Source of the DNA: Clostridia bacterium
GTDB lineage: Bacteria > Bacillota > Clostridia > Oscillospirales > CAG-382
Length of the DNA: 64,000 nucleotides
Assembly: GCA_017466805.1 (NCBI GenBank)
Contig: JAFTTN010000066.1
Coordinates: 38,722-102,721 of the forward strand
Direction of reading: 5' to 3'
Made by a program: the position numbers and the translations under genes. The notes beneath the pieces were generated by a model that saw nothing but the letters and a program-made list of their open reading frames with translations, had not been told where the DNA came from and did not search any database. Position 1 is the stretch's first letter; each line of letters starts with the position of its first letter. This document shows positions 27,288-36,549 of this stretch, piece by piece.

Positions 27288-27321
27288 GGGTTGATATTTA
27301 TAAAATTGGAGTATTATCGCT

Positions 27322-28371
27322 ATGACGAACATTGCCATACTCGGCTTCGGTACGGTCGGCGGCGGCGTTTACGAGGTTATATCCCGTGCGAGCAAGAAGC
27401 CGCTTAACGAGGTCAACATTAAATATATTCTCGATCTTCGCAGCTTTCCCGAGCATCCGCTCGGCGACAGAGTGACGACCGATTTCGAAAAGATTATTAA
27501 CGACGAAAGCGTTAGCGTAGTGGTTGAAACGATGGGCGGCGACGGCGTTGCCTACAAATTCAGCCTTGCGGCGTTAAAGGCAGGCAAGAACGTTGTTACC
27601 TCGAACAAGGCTGTGGTCGACAAATACGGCCGCGAGCTTGAGGAGGCGGCAAGGGAAAACGGCGTGGTTTACCTTTACGAAGCATCTGTCGGCGGCGGTA
27701 TTCCGATAATCGCACCGCTTAACAGCTGTTTTATGGGCGACGATATTTTGCGTGTTGCGGGCATTTTGAACGGCACGACGAACTATATTCTTACCCATAT
27801 GCAGAGCGAGGGCAAATCGCTCGAGGAAGCTTTGAAAACCGCACAGGAGCTGGGCTATGCCGAAGCAGATCCCCACGCAGACCTTGCGGGACTCGACGCG
27901 GCAAGAAAGATTGCAATACTTGCAGGCATTGCGCTTGATAAATATATTTCCTATGAATCGATCCCCCATATCGAAGGTATCGAAAACGTAACGAGCGAGG
28001 ATATTGCTCTTGCCGAACAGCTTGGCTGTGTTATTCGTTTGATAGCGGTTGCAGAACGAGTCGGCGACAAGGCAAGAATACTCGTTGCGCCCCATTTGGT
28101 TGGCAAGGACAGCCTTTTCCACGCAATCCGCGAGGCATTTAATGCAGTAAGCGTAACCGGCTCTGCCGTTGGCGAGGTTGTTTTCTACGGTCAGGGCGCG
28201 GGCTCGCTTCCCACCGCGGCGGCGGTTTGCGGCGATATAGAGCGAGCGATAAGCGGCAAGGCAAGTGCGCACGTACGCACGCAATGCGAGGACGGATTTA
28301 TTCTCGACGGCAGCGAAGGCGGCAAATTTATTACACTTGCAAACGGCAAGAAATACAGATATTTTGAGTAA
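27322..28371 (+). CDS. hom: Homoserine dehydrogenase (short form without ACT domain)
   Basis: 349 aa. It carries ILGFGTVGGGV, SNKA, ILNGTTNYIL and EADPHADLAGLDAARKIAIL. Confidence 0.88.
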   Translation: MTNIAILGFGTVGGGVYEVISRASKKPLNEVNIKYILDLRSFPEHPLGDRVTTDFEKIINDESVSVVVETMGGDGVAYKFSLAALKAGKNVVTSNKAVVDKYGRELEEAARENGVVYLYEASVGGGIPIIAPLNSCFMGDDILRVAGILNGTTNYILTHMQSEGKSLEEALKTAQELGYAEADPHADLAGLDAARKIAILAGIALDKYISYESIPHIEGIENVTSEDIALAEQLGCVIRLIAVAERVGDKARILVAPHLVGKDSLFHAIREAFNAVSVTGSAVGEVVFYGQGAGSLPTAAAVCGDIERAISGKASAHVRTQCEDGFILDGSEGGKFITLANGKKYRYFE

Positions 28372-28525
28372 AAAGAAAAATCAAGCTTCTTTGTTGTCGT
28401 TTTTTATCTTTTACGGATGCTACGCATCCTACAACCCCTCCGTCACGCGCGAGGTCGCGCGCGACACCTCCCCTTACACAGTGGAGGCAAATGTTAACCG
28501 TCCATTGCCGCAATCCTAAAGCAAA

Positions 28526-28629
28526 GCGACAATGATACACTATAAAAATTTTTGTCCTAAAAGTTTTTGGGAGAGAGCACGAGAGAGGACTTTTTTCAAA
28601 AAGTCCTCTCTCGTAATCTATTTTCGTTT
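28526..28629 (+). repeat. ACGAGAGA hairpin repeat, copy A (104 bp), left inverted repeat around the dockerin gene
   Basis: 102/104 identical to the reverse complement of 30917..31020. The hairpin ACGAGAGAGGAC-TTTTTTCAAAAA-GTCCTCTCTCGT lies at 28579-28614. Confidence 0.9.
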
Positions 28630-28635
28630 AAAAAT

Positions 28636-30720
28636 TCACCCAATAACAAACGTGCCGAAGTAATGGCGGCAGATAAGGATATAGTCGTATTGGTCTACCT
28701 TGCCGTCGCGGTTAACGTCGCCGCGAGTCATTTCGTCATCGGTAAGATAACGGGTGCCGAAATAGTGGCGCTTAACGAGAATATAATCGTACTGGTCGAT
28801 TTTACCGTCGTTATTGACGTCGCCGAGTGCATTCGAGGTCGCGCCATCGCTGCCGATAACCACCTTTTCGCTTTCGAGCGAGCCCGAAAGAACACTCACA
28901 CCTTCGCCCATTATTACGTCGGCGTAGATAGGCATAACCTTACTTTCCTCGTCGTAGTAAACCGAGGCAGCCGAAAGTCTGCCGCTTACAACATTAAGCC
29001 TTCCCTTTTCTATACCCTCGAGCAGATTAATGCCGAGCACGGCTGCTACATCAATATTCGAATTATTGATGCTTACGTCTGTTCCGAGTGCGGAGATTAC
29101 CTCGATAGCGTTATCTGCCATTACCGAAAGATCCGTATTCTTGAAGCTGACCTCGGCGGTATTCGTGGAATATATCGAAATACCGTATTCGGTTGCAGAA
29201 GCCGTCATATTACATTTATCGAACTCAACGCTTAAAGTGCCGACGCTGGATTCGTTGAATGCCGAAACAGCCATATAGCATTCGTTCATATCGAAGTCTA
29301 TATCGTATATGCCCCTGCCAAGCTTGAGCGAGCATTCGCCCAGCGAGGACGAAGCGAAATTAACCGCCTGTATGCCGTAGCAAGCGTGTATTGCGAGAGA
29401 ATCGTTATCGGTTGCACCGTGGATATCGAGCGTGCCGTATGCCACGATGCCTTCGGTTTCCTCGGATTCGGCAGTAAGAATATTTTCGCCGATAAATTCT
29501 ATTTCAAGCGGGCTGTAGGAGTATATAATTGCCGAATATTCGGATTCCCATTCGCTGCCTCTATCGTAAAGATATTCGCCGCCGTCGCCGAAGTATTCGT
29601 AATTATTAAGCACCAGCTTGCCGTTTTCGTAATAAGCGTAGCCGATATTTTCGGGTTCGGAATCGCTTACCGCATCTGCACCGTTTGCAAGGTAATCGCC
29701 ATCGGTGAGCGAAATGCCGCCGACCGTTACGTAGCGGTTTTCGGCGATTTTAAGCGTGGTTACAGTCGATTCGGTCTGCGAAACGGTATCGGAAAGCACC
29801 AAGCTGCCCTCGTATACCGGCGATTGCTCGGAAGTATTTTCGGGCACGGTTATATTAAGATATCCGCCGTTTACTTCTATATTGCCGAAATCGTCATCGC
29901 CCTCTCCCGCAACGTAGATAGCCGAAAAATTCTGTGTTGAGATTTCGACGGTTCCGTAATTCTGGCGATAAAGCGAGCTCTGTGTGCCCATCACTCCGAT
30001 ACCGCCCGCAACGCCGCACATATCGAGCACGCCGCCGTTTATATTAACCGTTGCAGTCGTATTTTCTACCATCGAAACGATATAAGCGCCCGCTTCTGCC
30101 GCATCGTCTATCGCTTCGATATAAACGCTTCCCGCGTTCATATTCAGCATAGCCTCGCCGAAAAATCCAAGTGCCGAAATGCCGACGCCGCCATTGCCGA
30201 GAATGAAATGATAGTTGCCGCCGTTGAAGTTTACTTCGCTTTTACCCTCGACCGATATCGAAGCAACGGCAGAGAAGGATTCGAGCTCCATAAGCCCGGT
30301 ACCGCTTAAATACAGCTCGCCGCGGGCAAGTATGCCGAATGCGTTTTCCGATTCGCAGGTGATATTGCATTCACCAACGGTAACTACGTTAAGGCTTCCG
30401 TTTGCATATATAAGTGCGTTTTGCTCGAAGCCTGTATCCAAAGCATATATCTGCGATTCACCCGTGAACTCGAAATTGGCAAGAATAAGATTGCCGTCGA
30501 AGAAATAGGCGTATCCGATATCCTCGTTCTCGACACGCTCGGTTGCTTCACCAAGGCTGACTGCTTCGGTATCGCCGTTGAAAAGCACGGTTTCGTCGCT
30601 AAGCTTTATACCGCCGATATACACGGTATCCGCCTCTGCCGCTTCGGTTGCAAGCGCGGTTGACGGCAGGACACAAAGCATTAACGCTGTCAAAAGAACG
30701 AAAGCGATTAATTTTTTCAT
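28636..30720 (-). CDS. Secreted dockerin-containing protein with internally duplicated beta-rich domains
   Basis: Signal peptide MKKLIAFVLLTALMLCVLPSTALA. Duplicated modules (IGYAYFFDGNLILANFEF and IGYAYYENGKLVLNNYEY). C-terminal tandem dockerin-like Ca-binding repeats GDVNNDGKIDQYDYILVKRHYFGT and GDVNRDGKVDQYDYILICRHYFGT. Confidence 0.8.
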   Translation of the reverse strand: MKKLIAFVLLTALMLCVLPSTALATEAAEADTVYIGGIKLSDETVLFNGDTEAVSLGEATERVENEDIGYAYFFDGNLILANFEFTGESQIYALDTGFEQNALIYANGSLNVVTVGECNITCESENAFGILARGELYLSGTGLMELESFSAVASISVEGKSEVNFNGGNYHFILGNGGVGISALGFFGEAMLNMNAGSVYIEAIDDAAEAGAYIVSMVENTTATVNINGGVLDMCGVAGGIGVMGTQSSLYRQNYGTVEISTQNFSAIYVAGEGDDDFGNIEVNGGYLNITVPENTSEQSPVYEGSLVLSDTVSQTESTVTTLKIAENRYVTVGGISLTDGDYLANGADAVSDSEPENIGYAYYENGKLVLNNYEYFGDGGEYLYDRGSEWESEYSAIIYSYSPLEIEFIGENILTAESEETEGIVAYGTLDIHGATDNDSLAIHACYGIQAVNFASSSLGECSLKLGRGIYDIDFDMNECYMAVSAFNESSVGTLSVEFDKCNMTASATEYGISIYSTNTAEVSFKNTDLSVMADNAIEVISALGTDVSINNSNIDVAAVLGINLLEGIEKGRLNVVSGRLSAASVYYDEESKVMPIYADVIMGEGVSVLSGSLESEKVVIGSDGATSNALGDVNNDGKIDQYDYILVKRHYFGTRYLTDDEMTRGDVNRDGKVDQYDYILICRHYFGTFVIG

Positions 30721-30763
30721 AATGATTCTCCTTTTCGTTTAGGGGTATTCCCCTGTTACAAGC

Positions 30764-30791
30764 ATTATAGCACAGATTTTTGTTTAATCAA
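30764..30791 (-). promoter_or_regulatory. Sigma-A-type promoter of the dockerin-protein gene
   Basis: On the minus strand: TTGATT, 16 nt, TGcTATAAT. It lies inside the inverted-repeat-bounded segment. Confidence 0.55.
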
Positions 30792-30916
30792 GTAGAAAAA
30801 TTTAACTTAATAATTTATTTACATTTTTCCGGAGCAGGCGAAAATTCATTTTCCCTTTTTTCTTTAAATTCTTTTTCTTGAAAAATGCGTTTATTATATG
30901 ATACAATAGGAACACA

Positions 30917-31020
30917 AAACGAAAATAGATTACGAGAGAGGACTTTTTGAAAAAAGTCCTCTCTCGTGCTCTCTCCCAAAAACTTTTAGGACAAAAATTT
31001 TTATAGTGTGTCATTGTTGC
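30917..31020 (-). repeat. ACGAGAGA hairpin repeat, copy B (104 bp), right inverted repeat around the dockerin gene
   Basis: Its reverse complement matches 28526..28629 at 102/104 positions. Confidence 0.9.
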
Positions 31021-31182
31021 TTCAAAACTAAAAAACAGTCAAAGGCGATAGCGTTTTATAATAAAAATCTATCTTCGCAACCTTGGACAACGAGTGAAAC
31101 GTGGCGCACAAGGTTGATGCGAATGCGCGGAGCTCACAAAAACCGACCGAAATGCTTGCATTTCGCGTCGAAAGCGCAGCGT

Positions 31183-31218
31183 AAAAAAACCGCGAGACCT
31201 CCCGAAAGGAAGTCTCGC
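31183..31218 (-). terminator. Rho-independent terminator after the MarR-ABC-ABC operon
   Basis: On the minus strand: GCGAGACTTCC-tttc-GGGAGGTCTCGC followed by GGTTTTTTT. Confidence 0.8.
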
Positions 31219-31240
31219 TAAAGTACCTTTTATTTTTATT

Positions 31241-33157
31241 TTAATCAAGCTCAAACGCGCCGGTATAAAGGCTGTAATACTGTCCCTTTTCGGCAATAAG
31301 CTTTTCGTGGCTACCGCGTTCGATTATTCTGCCCTGCGAAAGCACCATTATAACGTCGGAATTGCGAACCGTGGAAAGACGGTGCGCGATTACGAACACC
31401 GTTCTGCCGTGCATAAGACTGTCCATACCCTTTTGAACTATCGATTCGGTACGGGTATCGATACTCGACGTTGCCTCGTCAAGTATCATAACGGGCGGGT
31501 CGGCAACAGCGGCACGGGCGATTGCAAGAAGCTGTCTTTGCCCCTGCGAAAGTCCGCCTCCGTCGCCCTCGAGCATTGTATTATAGCCTTCGGGAAGCAC
31601 CGAAATAAAGCTGTCGGCGTTGGCAAGCTTTGCGGCGGCGATACATTCCTCATCGGTTGCATCGAGCCTACCGTAGCGGATATTTTCCATAACCGTACCC
31701 GTAAACAAATGGGTATCCTGAAGCACCATACCGAGCGAGCGGCGCAGGTCGGCTTTTTTTATTTTATTGATATTTATGCCGTCGTAGCGGATTTTTCCGT
31801 CGGCAATATCGTAAAAACGGTTGATAAGGTTGGTAATTGTAGTTTTACCCGCACCGGTTGCGCCGACGAAGGCGACCTTTTGGCCCGGCTCAGCATAGAG
31901 TGTTACGTCGTGAAGCACGGTTTTTTCGGGAACGTAGCCGAAATCGACCTCGACCATTCGCACATCGCCCTTTAATTCGGTATAGGTAAGCGTGCCGTCG
32001 CCATGGGGATGCTTCCACGCCCATATACCTGTGCGGCATTCGGCTTCGGTAAGCTCACCGTTTTCGTTATATTTCGCATTAACGAGGGTTACGTAGCCGT
32101 CGTCTGCCTCGGGCTCCTCGTCCATAAGCTCGAATATACGTTTTGCGCCCGCAAGCGCCATTATAACCGCGTTTAACTGCTGTGTTACCTGGTTTATCGG
32201 GTTTGTAAAGTTTTTGGAAAGCTGCAGGAAGGCAACCAAGCCGCCTGCGGTAAGGCTTTCGGTAGATATAACGAGCAATGCGCCGAGCGTTGCTACAAGT
32301 ATATACTGAAGGTGTCCCAGGTTGTTCGAAACGGGACCGAGTATATTTGCAAAAATATTTGCGTTTTTGGCGTTATCGCAAAGCTCGTTATTAAGCTTTC
32401 TGAATTCCTCTTTCGTTTTTTCCTCGCGGCAGAAGACCTGAACGACCTTTTGACCGTTTATCATTTCCTCGATATAGCCGTTTACCTGACCTACCGATTT
32501 TTGCTGCCGCACGAAGAATTTTCCGCTCTTACCGCCGATGGATTTAACGATAAGCATAGTTAAAAACGCAAAAACCACCACGAAAAGAGTTAACCACGCG
32601 TTTGTGGTAAGCATTGCGAAGAACACGGCAACGACGGTGCAAAGCGACGAAAAGATATGCGGAAGGCTTTGCGATATCATCATTCGCATCGTATCGGTAT
32701 CGTTGGTATAGCGGCTCATCGTATCGCCGAAGGAGTGGGTATCGAAATACTTTATCGGAAGCTTTTGCATTTTGGCAAACATCGTATCTCGGATATCCTT
32801 TAAAACCGATTGCGAAACGGTTACCATTATTCTGTTATAGGTAAAGGTAGAAAGTGCGCCGAGTATATACACCGCCGCAAGCACGAGCATTTCCTTTAAC
32901 AGCCCCGACATATCGGTGCTTTTTGCCTCGATAAGTGGTTTTATATAGCCGTCGATAAGGGTTTGAAGGAATTTCGAGCCGTAGACCCCTGCAAGTGCGC
33001 TGAAAATTATACACAGCACCACCAAAAGCAGACGCCATTTATACGCAAAAAGGTAGGAAAGAACACGCTTTACGGTTTTTGCATCGGGCTTTTGACCGGG
33101 AACGCGCACGCCCTTCATCGGTCGGATAGGCTCCTGCTGTTTTCTTTCTTCGCTCAT
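31241..33157 (-). CDS. ABC multidrug-type exporter subunit (TMD-NBD half transporter)
   Basis: 638 aa. Walker A GATGAGKTT, signature LSQGQRQL, Walker B VMILDEATS. Its ATG overlaps the upstream stop (ATGA at 33154-33157). Confidence 0.88.
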   Translation of the reverse strand: MSEERKQQEPIRPMKGVRVPGQKPDAKTVKRVLSYLFAYKWRLLLVVLCIIFSALAGVYGSKFLQTLIDGYIKPLIEAKSTDMSGLLKEMLVLAAVYILGALSTFTYNRIMVTVSQSVLKDIRDTMFAKMQKLPIKYFDTHSFGDTMSRYTNDTDTMRMMISQSLPHIFSSLCTVVAVFFAMLTTNAWLTLFVVVFAFLTMLIVKSIGGKSGKFFVRQQKSVGQVNGYIEEMINGQKVVQVFCREEKTKEEFRKLNNELCDNAKNANIFANILGPVSNNLGHLQYILVATLGALLVISTESLTAGGLVAFLQLSKNFTNPINQVTQQLNAVIMALAGAKRIFELMDEEPEADDGYVTLVNAKYNENGELTEAECRTGIWAWKHPHGDGTLTYTELKGDVRMVEVDFGYVPEKTVLHDVTLYAEPGQKVAFVGATGAGKTTITNLINRFYDIADGKIRYDGININKIKKADLRRSLGMVLQDTHLFTGTVMENIRYGRLDATDEECIAAAKLANADSFISVLPEGYNTMLEGDGGGLSQGQRQLLAIARAAVADPPVMILDEATSSIDTRTESIVQKGMDSLMHGRTVFVIAHRLSTVRNSDVIMVLSQGRIIERGSHEKLIAEKGQYYSLYTGAFELD

Positions 33158-34977
33158 TCCTTGTCATCTCCCTTCATCTGCGATTCGTATACCTCGCGGT
33201 AGATAGCGTTGGTCTTTAACAGCTCGTCGTGGCTGCCGATACCGTTTATTTCGCCGTTATCGATAACGATAATTCTGTCGCACGCCTGCACCGAAGAAAT
33301 ACGCTGTGCGATGATAAGCTTTGTCGTATCGGGAATAGAATTCGCCATTGTTTCGCGAAGCATATAATCGGTTTTGGTATCGACCGCGCTGGTAGAATCG
33401 TCCATTATTAATATTTTAGGGGTTTTTAGCAGTGCTCTTGCAATACAAAGTCTTTGCTTTTGTCCGCCAGAAACGTTCGTACCGCCCTGCTCGATATAGG
33501 TATCGTAGCCCTCGGGGAAGGACGAAATGAATTCATCGGCGCAGGCAGCGATACAAGCCTGCTTCATTTCCTCGTCGGTTGCGTTTTCGTTACCCCAGCG
33601 CAGATTTTCCTTTATCGTGCCCGAAAACAGCACGTTTTTCTGCAGCACCATTGCAACCGCATCGCGCAGGGTATGAATATCGTAATCACGCACGTTGTTA
33701 CCGCCGACAAGCACCTCGCCGTCGACGGTATCGTAAAGACGCGGTATAAGCTGAACGAGCGTTGATTTACTGCTGCCCGTACCGCCGATTATACCGATAG
33801 TTTCGCCCGATTTTATACTGAAATTAATATTTTTTAATACGTTTTTGCCCTCATGATAAGCAAAATTTACGTTTTTGAACTCGATACTGCCGTCGGGAAC
33901 GCTGTAAAGAGGGTTGCTTTCGGGGTTTTTAATCGTCGATTCCTCGTCGAGCACCTCGCAGATACGCTCTGCCGATGCACGCGACATAACGACGGTTACG
34001 AAAATCATCGAAAGCATCATAAGCGACATTAAAATCTGCATCGTATAGTTCAAAAGCGCGGTAAGCTCGCCTGTGGTAAGGCTTTCGCCGATACCTGCAA
34101 CGTTATAATTAACGATAATGCTTGCACCGAACCAGCAAACGAGAAGTATGCAGGCGTAAACGGTTATCTGCATAAGCGGCATATTATACGAAAGAATCTT
34201 TTCCGCCTTAACGGTATCCTCGTTTATCTCGCCCGAAACCTCGTTGAACTTTTCGATTTCCTCTTCCTCGCGCACGAAGGCCTTTACGACTCTTATACCG
34301 CGCAGGTTTTCCTGCACTACGCGGTTAAGCTTATCGTATCTTTTAAACATACGCTTGAATATCGGGTGTGCCTTTGTCATAATAAGCGTAAGTCCGATAA
34401 CCAGCACGGGAACTGCGGCGAGGAATATAAGCGCGAGCCTTGAATTAATGGTAAACGCCATTACCAGCGAAAAAATCATCATCGAAGGGCTGCGCACTGC
34501 GGTACGGATTATCATATGAAAGGCTTCCTGAAGTCTGTTTACGTCGGTGGTAAGGCGGGTAACCAGGCTTGAGGTAGAGAATTTATCGATATTTTTGAAC
34601 GAAAAATGCGATATACGTTCAAAAAGGCGTTCGCGCAGATTTTTTGCAAAGCCTGTGCTTGCAATCGCCGCGCTTCTGCCCGCTGCCGCGCCGAAAAACA
34701 GCGATATTACCGCACAAACGGCAATGAGTCCGCCGATAATAAGCACGTAGCGCATATCCGCCGCACTTTCGGGCCGGCCGATAAGGTTTTCGAAAAACCT
34801 GCTGATAAAATTGGTGCTTTCCTCGGAATTGCCCGAGGTGGGATCGATACAGTTTATTAAGAGTGCGAGAAGTATGGGGATTATAACCTCCATTATTACC
34901 TCGCCCATAATAAGCGTAGGTGAAAGAATTGCGTGCTTGATATAGCCTTTTACGCTTTGTCCGAGCTTTTTAAGCAT
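33154..34977 (-). CDS. ABC multidrug-type exporter subunit (TMD-NBD half transporter)
   Basis: The likely start is ATG 34977 (MLKKLGQSVKGY), overlapping the marR stop by 8 nt. Walker A GGTGSSKST, signature VSGGQKQR, Walker B ILIMDDSTS. Confidence 0.88.
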   Translation of the reverse strand: MLKKLGQSVKGYIKHAILSPTLIMGEVIMEVIIPILLALLINCIDPTSGNSEESTNFISRFFENLIGRPESAADMRYVLIIGGLIAVCAVISLFFGAAAGRSAAIASTGFAKNLRERLFERISHFSFKNIDKFSTSSLVTRLTTDVNRLQEAFHMIIRTAVRSPSMMIFSLVMAFTINSRLALIFLAAVPVLVIGLTLIMTKAHPIFKRMFKRYDKLNRVVQENLRGIRVVKAFVREEEEIEKFNEVSGEINEDTVKAEKILSYNMPLMQITVYACILLVCWFGASIIVNYNVAGIGESLTTGELTALLNYTMQILMSLMMLSMIFVTVVMSRASAERICEVLDEESTIKNPESNPLYSVPDGSIEFKNVNFAYHEGKNVLKNINFSIKSGETIGIIGGTGSSKSTLVQLIPRLYDTVDGEVLVGGNNVRDYDIHTLRDAVAMVLQKNVLFSGTIKENLRWGNENATDEEMKQACIAACADEFISSFPEGYDTYIEQGGTNVSGGQKQRLCIARALLKTPKILIMDDSTSAVDTKTDYMLRETMANSIPDTTKLIIAQRISSVQACDRIIVIDNGEINGIGSHDELLKTNAIYREVYESQMKGDDKE

Positions 34978-35449
34978 TTTCGTCCTCCTCGGGATTATAT
35001 GAATGTTCCTTTTCGGCACGTTCGATATTTGAATTAAGCTTTTCTAACACCGCGAAAAAGCTTTTCATTTCATCATCGCTAATTCCCTCGCGCAGAAAGG
35101 TTTCGAACGATTCGATATGCTTTTCGTGCCGTTCGTGAATAGAAAGCGCAAGCGGTGTAAGCTTGATTTTTTTAAGTCTTGCATCGTTTTTGTCGCGCTC
35201 ACGCACCAAAAGACCGTTTTTTTCCATTAGCTTTAATATTTCGGTCATAGTCGGGCGGCGCACCGAAAACTGCTTTTCGATATCGCGCTGGAAAACGTCG
35301 CGGTGGCGGTTATCGTAAAGATATCCGATTACCCAGCCGTGTGTACCGGTACAGGAAAAACCGCTTCTTGCCTTGCTTGCCTCGACTGCGCGCTTTATTG
35401 CAACCGAAAGGGTTCGCACGCAAAAGCCGATTGTTTCTTCGCGTTCCAC
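34970..35449 (-). CDS. MarR-family transcriptional regulator
   Basis: 159 aa. The winged-HTH region is FSVRRPTMTEILKLMEKNGLLVRERDKNDARLKKIKLT. It is the first gene of the ABC operon. Confidence 0.85.
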   Translation of the reverse strand: MEREETIGFCVRTLSVAIKRAVEASKARSGFSCTGTHGWVIGYLYDNRHRDVFQRDIEKQFSVRRPTMTEILKLMEKNGLLVRERDKNDARLKKIKLTPLALSIHERHEKHIESFETFLREGISDDEMKSFFAVLEKLNSNIERAEKEHSYNPEEDENA

Positions 35450-35537
35450 TATCTATTAGCCTCCTAACAATTAGTACCCTAACATTATATTCGTTTTTTC
35501 GCAAAAGTCAACGTATTTTTTATGAACGTTAAAAATA

Positions 35538-35566
35538 TTGACAAGAGTTTATTATTGGTGTAGAAT
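35538..35566 (+). promoter_or_regulatory. Sigma-A-type promoter of the ribokinase operon
   Basis: TTGACA, 17 nt, TAGAAT. Confidence 0.6.
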
Positions 35567-35607
35567 ATAGTTTGAAGATATATAAGATTATTTAAGAGGT
35601 GGACTGT

Positions 35608-36525
35608 ATGGCAAAGAGAATTCTTGTCGCAGGTAGCTCCAATATCGATTTTCTGCTCACAACGCCCTATATCCCCGCACCCGGCGAAACGCTTATTTCG
35701 GGCGGTAAATACGCATTTACACCCGGCGGCAAGGGCGCAAACGCCGCGATTGCCGCAAAAGCGATGGGCGCAGACGTTATATTCTGCTCTCGCGTGGGGG
35801 ACGATGCTTACGGCGACAGGCTTATTGCGCTTTTTAACGAGCGCGGAATAGACACGCGCTATATTAAGGTAGACCGTCTTGAGCAGACCGGGCTTGCTGT
35901 GGTTATGCTTGAAAAGAGCGGAACCAACCGTATTATCGTTTTCAGCGGTGCAAACAGCAAAATTTGCGATACCGACGTTGAAGCCGCTTTTTCGGCATAC
36001 CCCGATGCAGTTCTTACCCAATTCGAGATAAGGCCCGACGCGGTTATTGCCGCCGCGCGTACCGCCGCATACGAGGGAATCCCGTTTTTTGTTGATGCGG
36101 GACCTGCCGACGCCGAATTTCCGCTTGCGAAGCTCGAGCAGGTAGAAGTTTTCTCGCCCAACGAAACCGAAACCGAAATTTTAACCGGCATACGCCCCAA
36201 CAATTTGGAAAACTGCTTGCGCGCTTCGATTGCGCTTTGCAACAAGGTAGATATTAAATACGTCGTATTGAAGCTCGGCGAGCGCGGATGCTATATTTAC
36301 GACGGCAAATATTGCGACCTTATAAGTCCCTACGACGTACCGGTAGTCGATACCACCGCCGCAGGCGACGTATTTACCGCCGCACTTACCACCGAATATC
36401 TGCGCACGAACGATATTATTTCCTCGGCTAAATTTGCAAACGCCGCGGGTGCGCTTGCGGTAACGAAGCTCGGCGCGGTAAATTCGGTACCCACGCTGGA
36501 AGAAGTAAGAAAGCTTATCGGATAA
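35608..36525 (+). CDS. rbsK: Ribokinase (PfkB family)
   Basis: ATG 35608 is preceded by AGAGGTGG. It carries GGKGANAAIAAKAMG, PNETE and DTTAAGDVFTAAL. Confidence 0.85.
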   Translation: MAKRILVAGSSNIDFLLTTPYIPAPGETLISGGKYAFTPGGKGANAAIAAKAMGADVIFCSRVGDDAYGDRLIALFNERGIDTRYIKVDRLEQTGLAVVMLEKSGTNRIIVFSGANSKICDTDVEAAFSAYPDAVLTQFEIRPDAVIAAARTAAYEGIPFFVDAGPADAEFPLAKLEQVEVFSPNETETEILTGIRPNNLENCLRASIALCNKVDIKYVVLKLGERGCYIYDGKYCDLISPYDVPVVDTTAAGDVFTAALTTEYLRTNDIISSAKFANAAGALAVTKLGAVNSVPTLEEVRKLIG

Positions 36526-36549
36526 TTAAAAATTTTGGGAGAAAAGATT

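Noticed and set aside
28526-31020. The inverted repeats considered as an invertible phase-variation switch for the dockerin gene.
   Set aside because: The predicted promoter (30764-30791) lies inside the invertible segment together with the gene, so inversion would not toggle expression. No recombinase gene is nearby. The locus is reported only as a repeat-flanked cassette.
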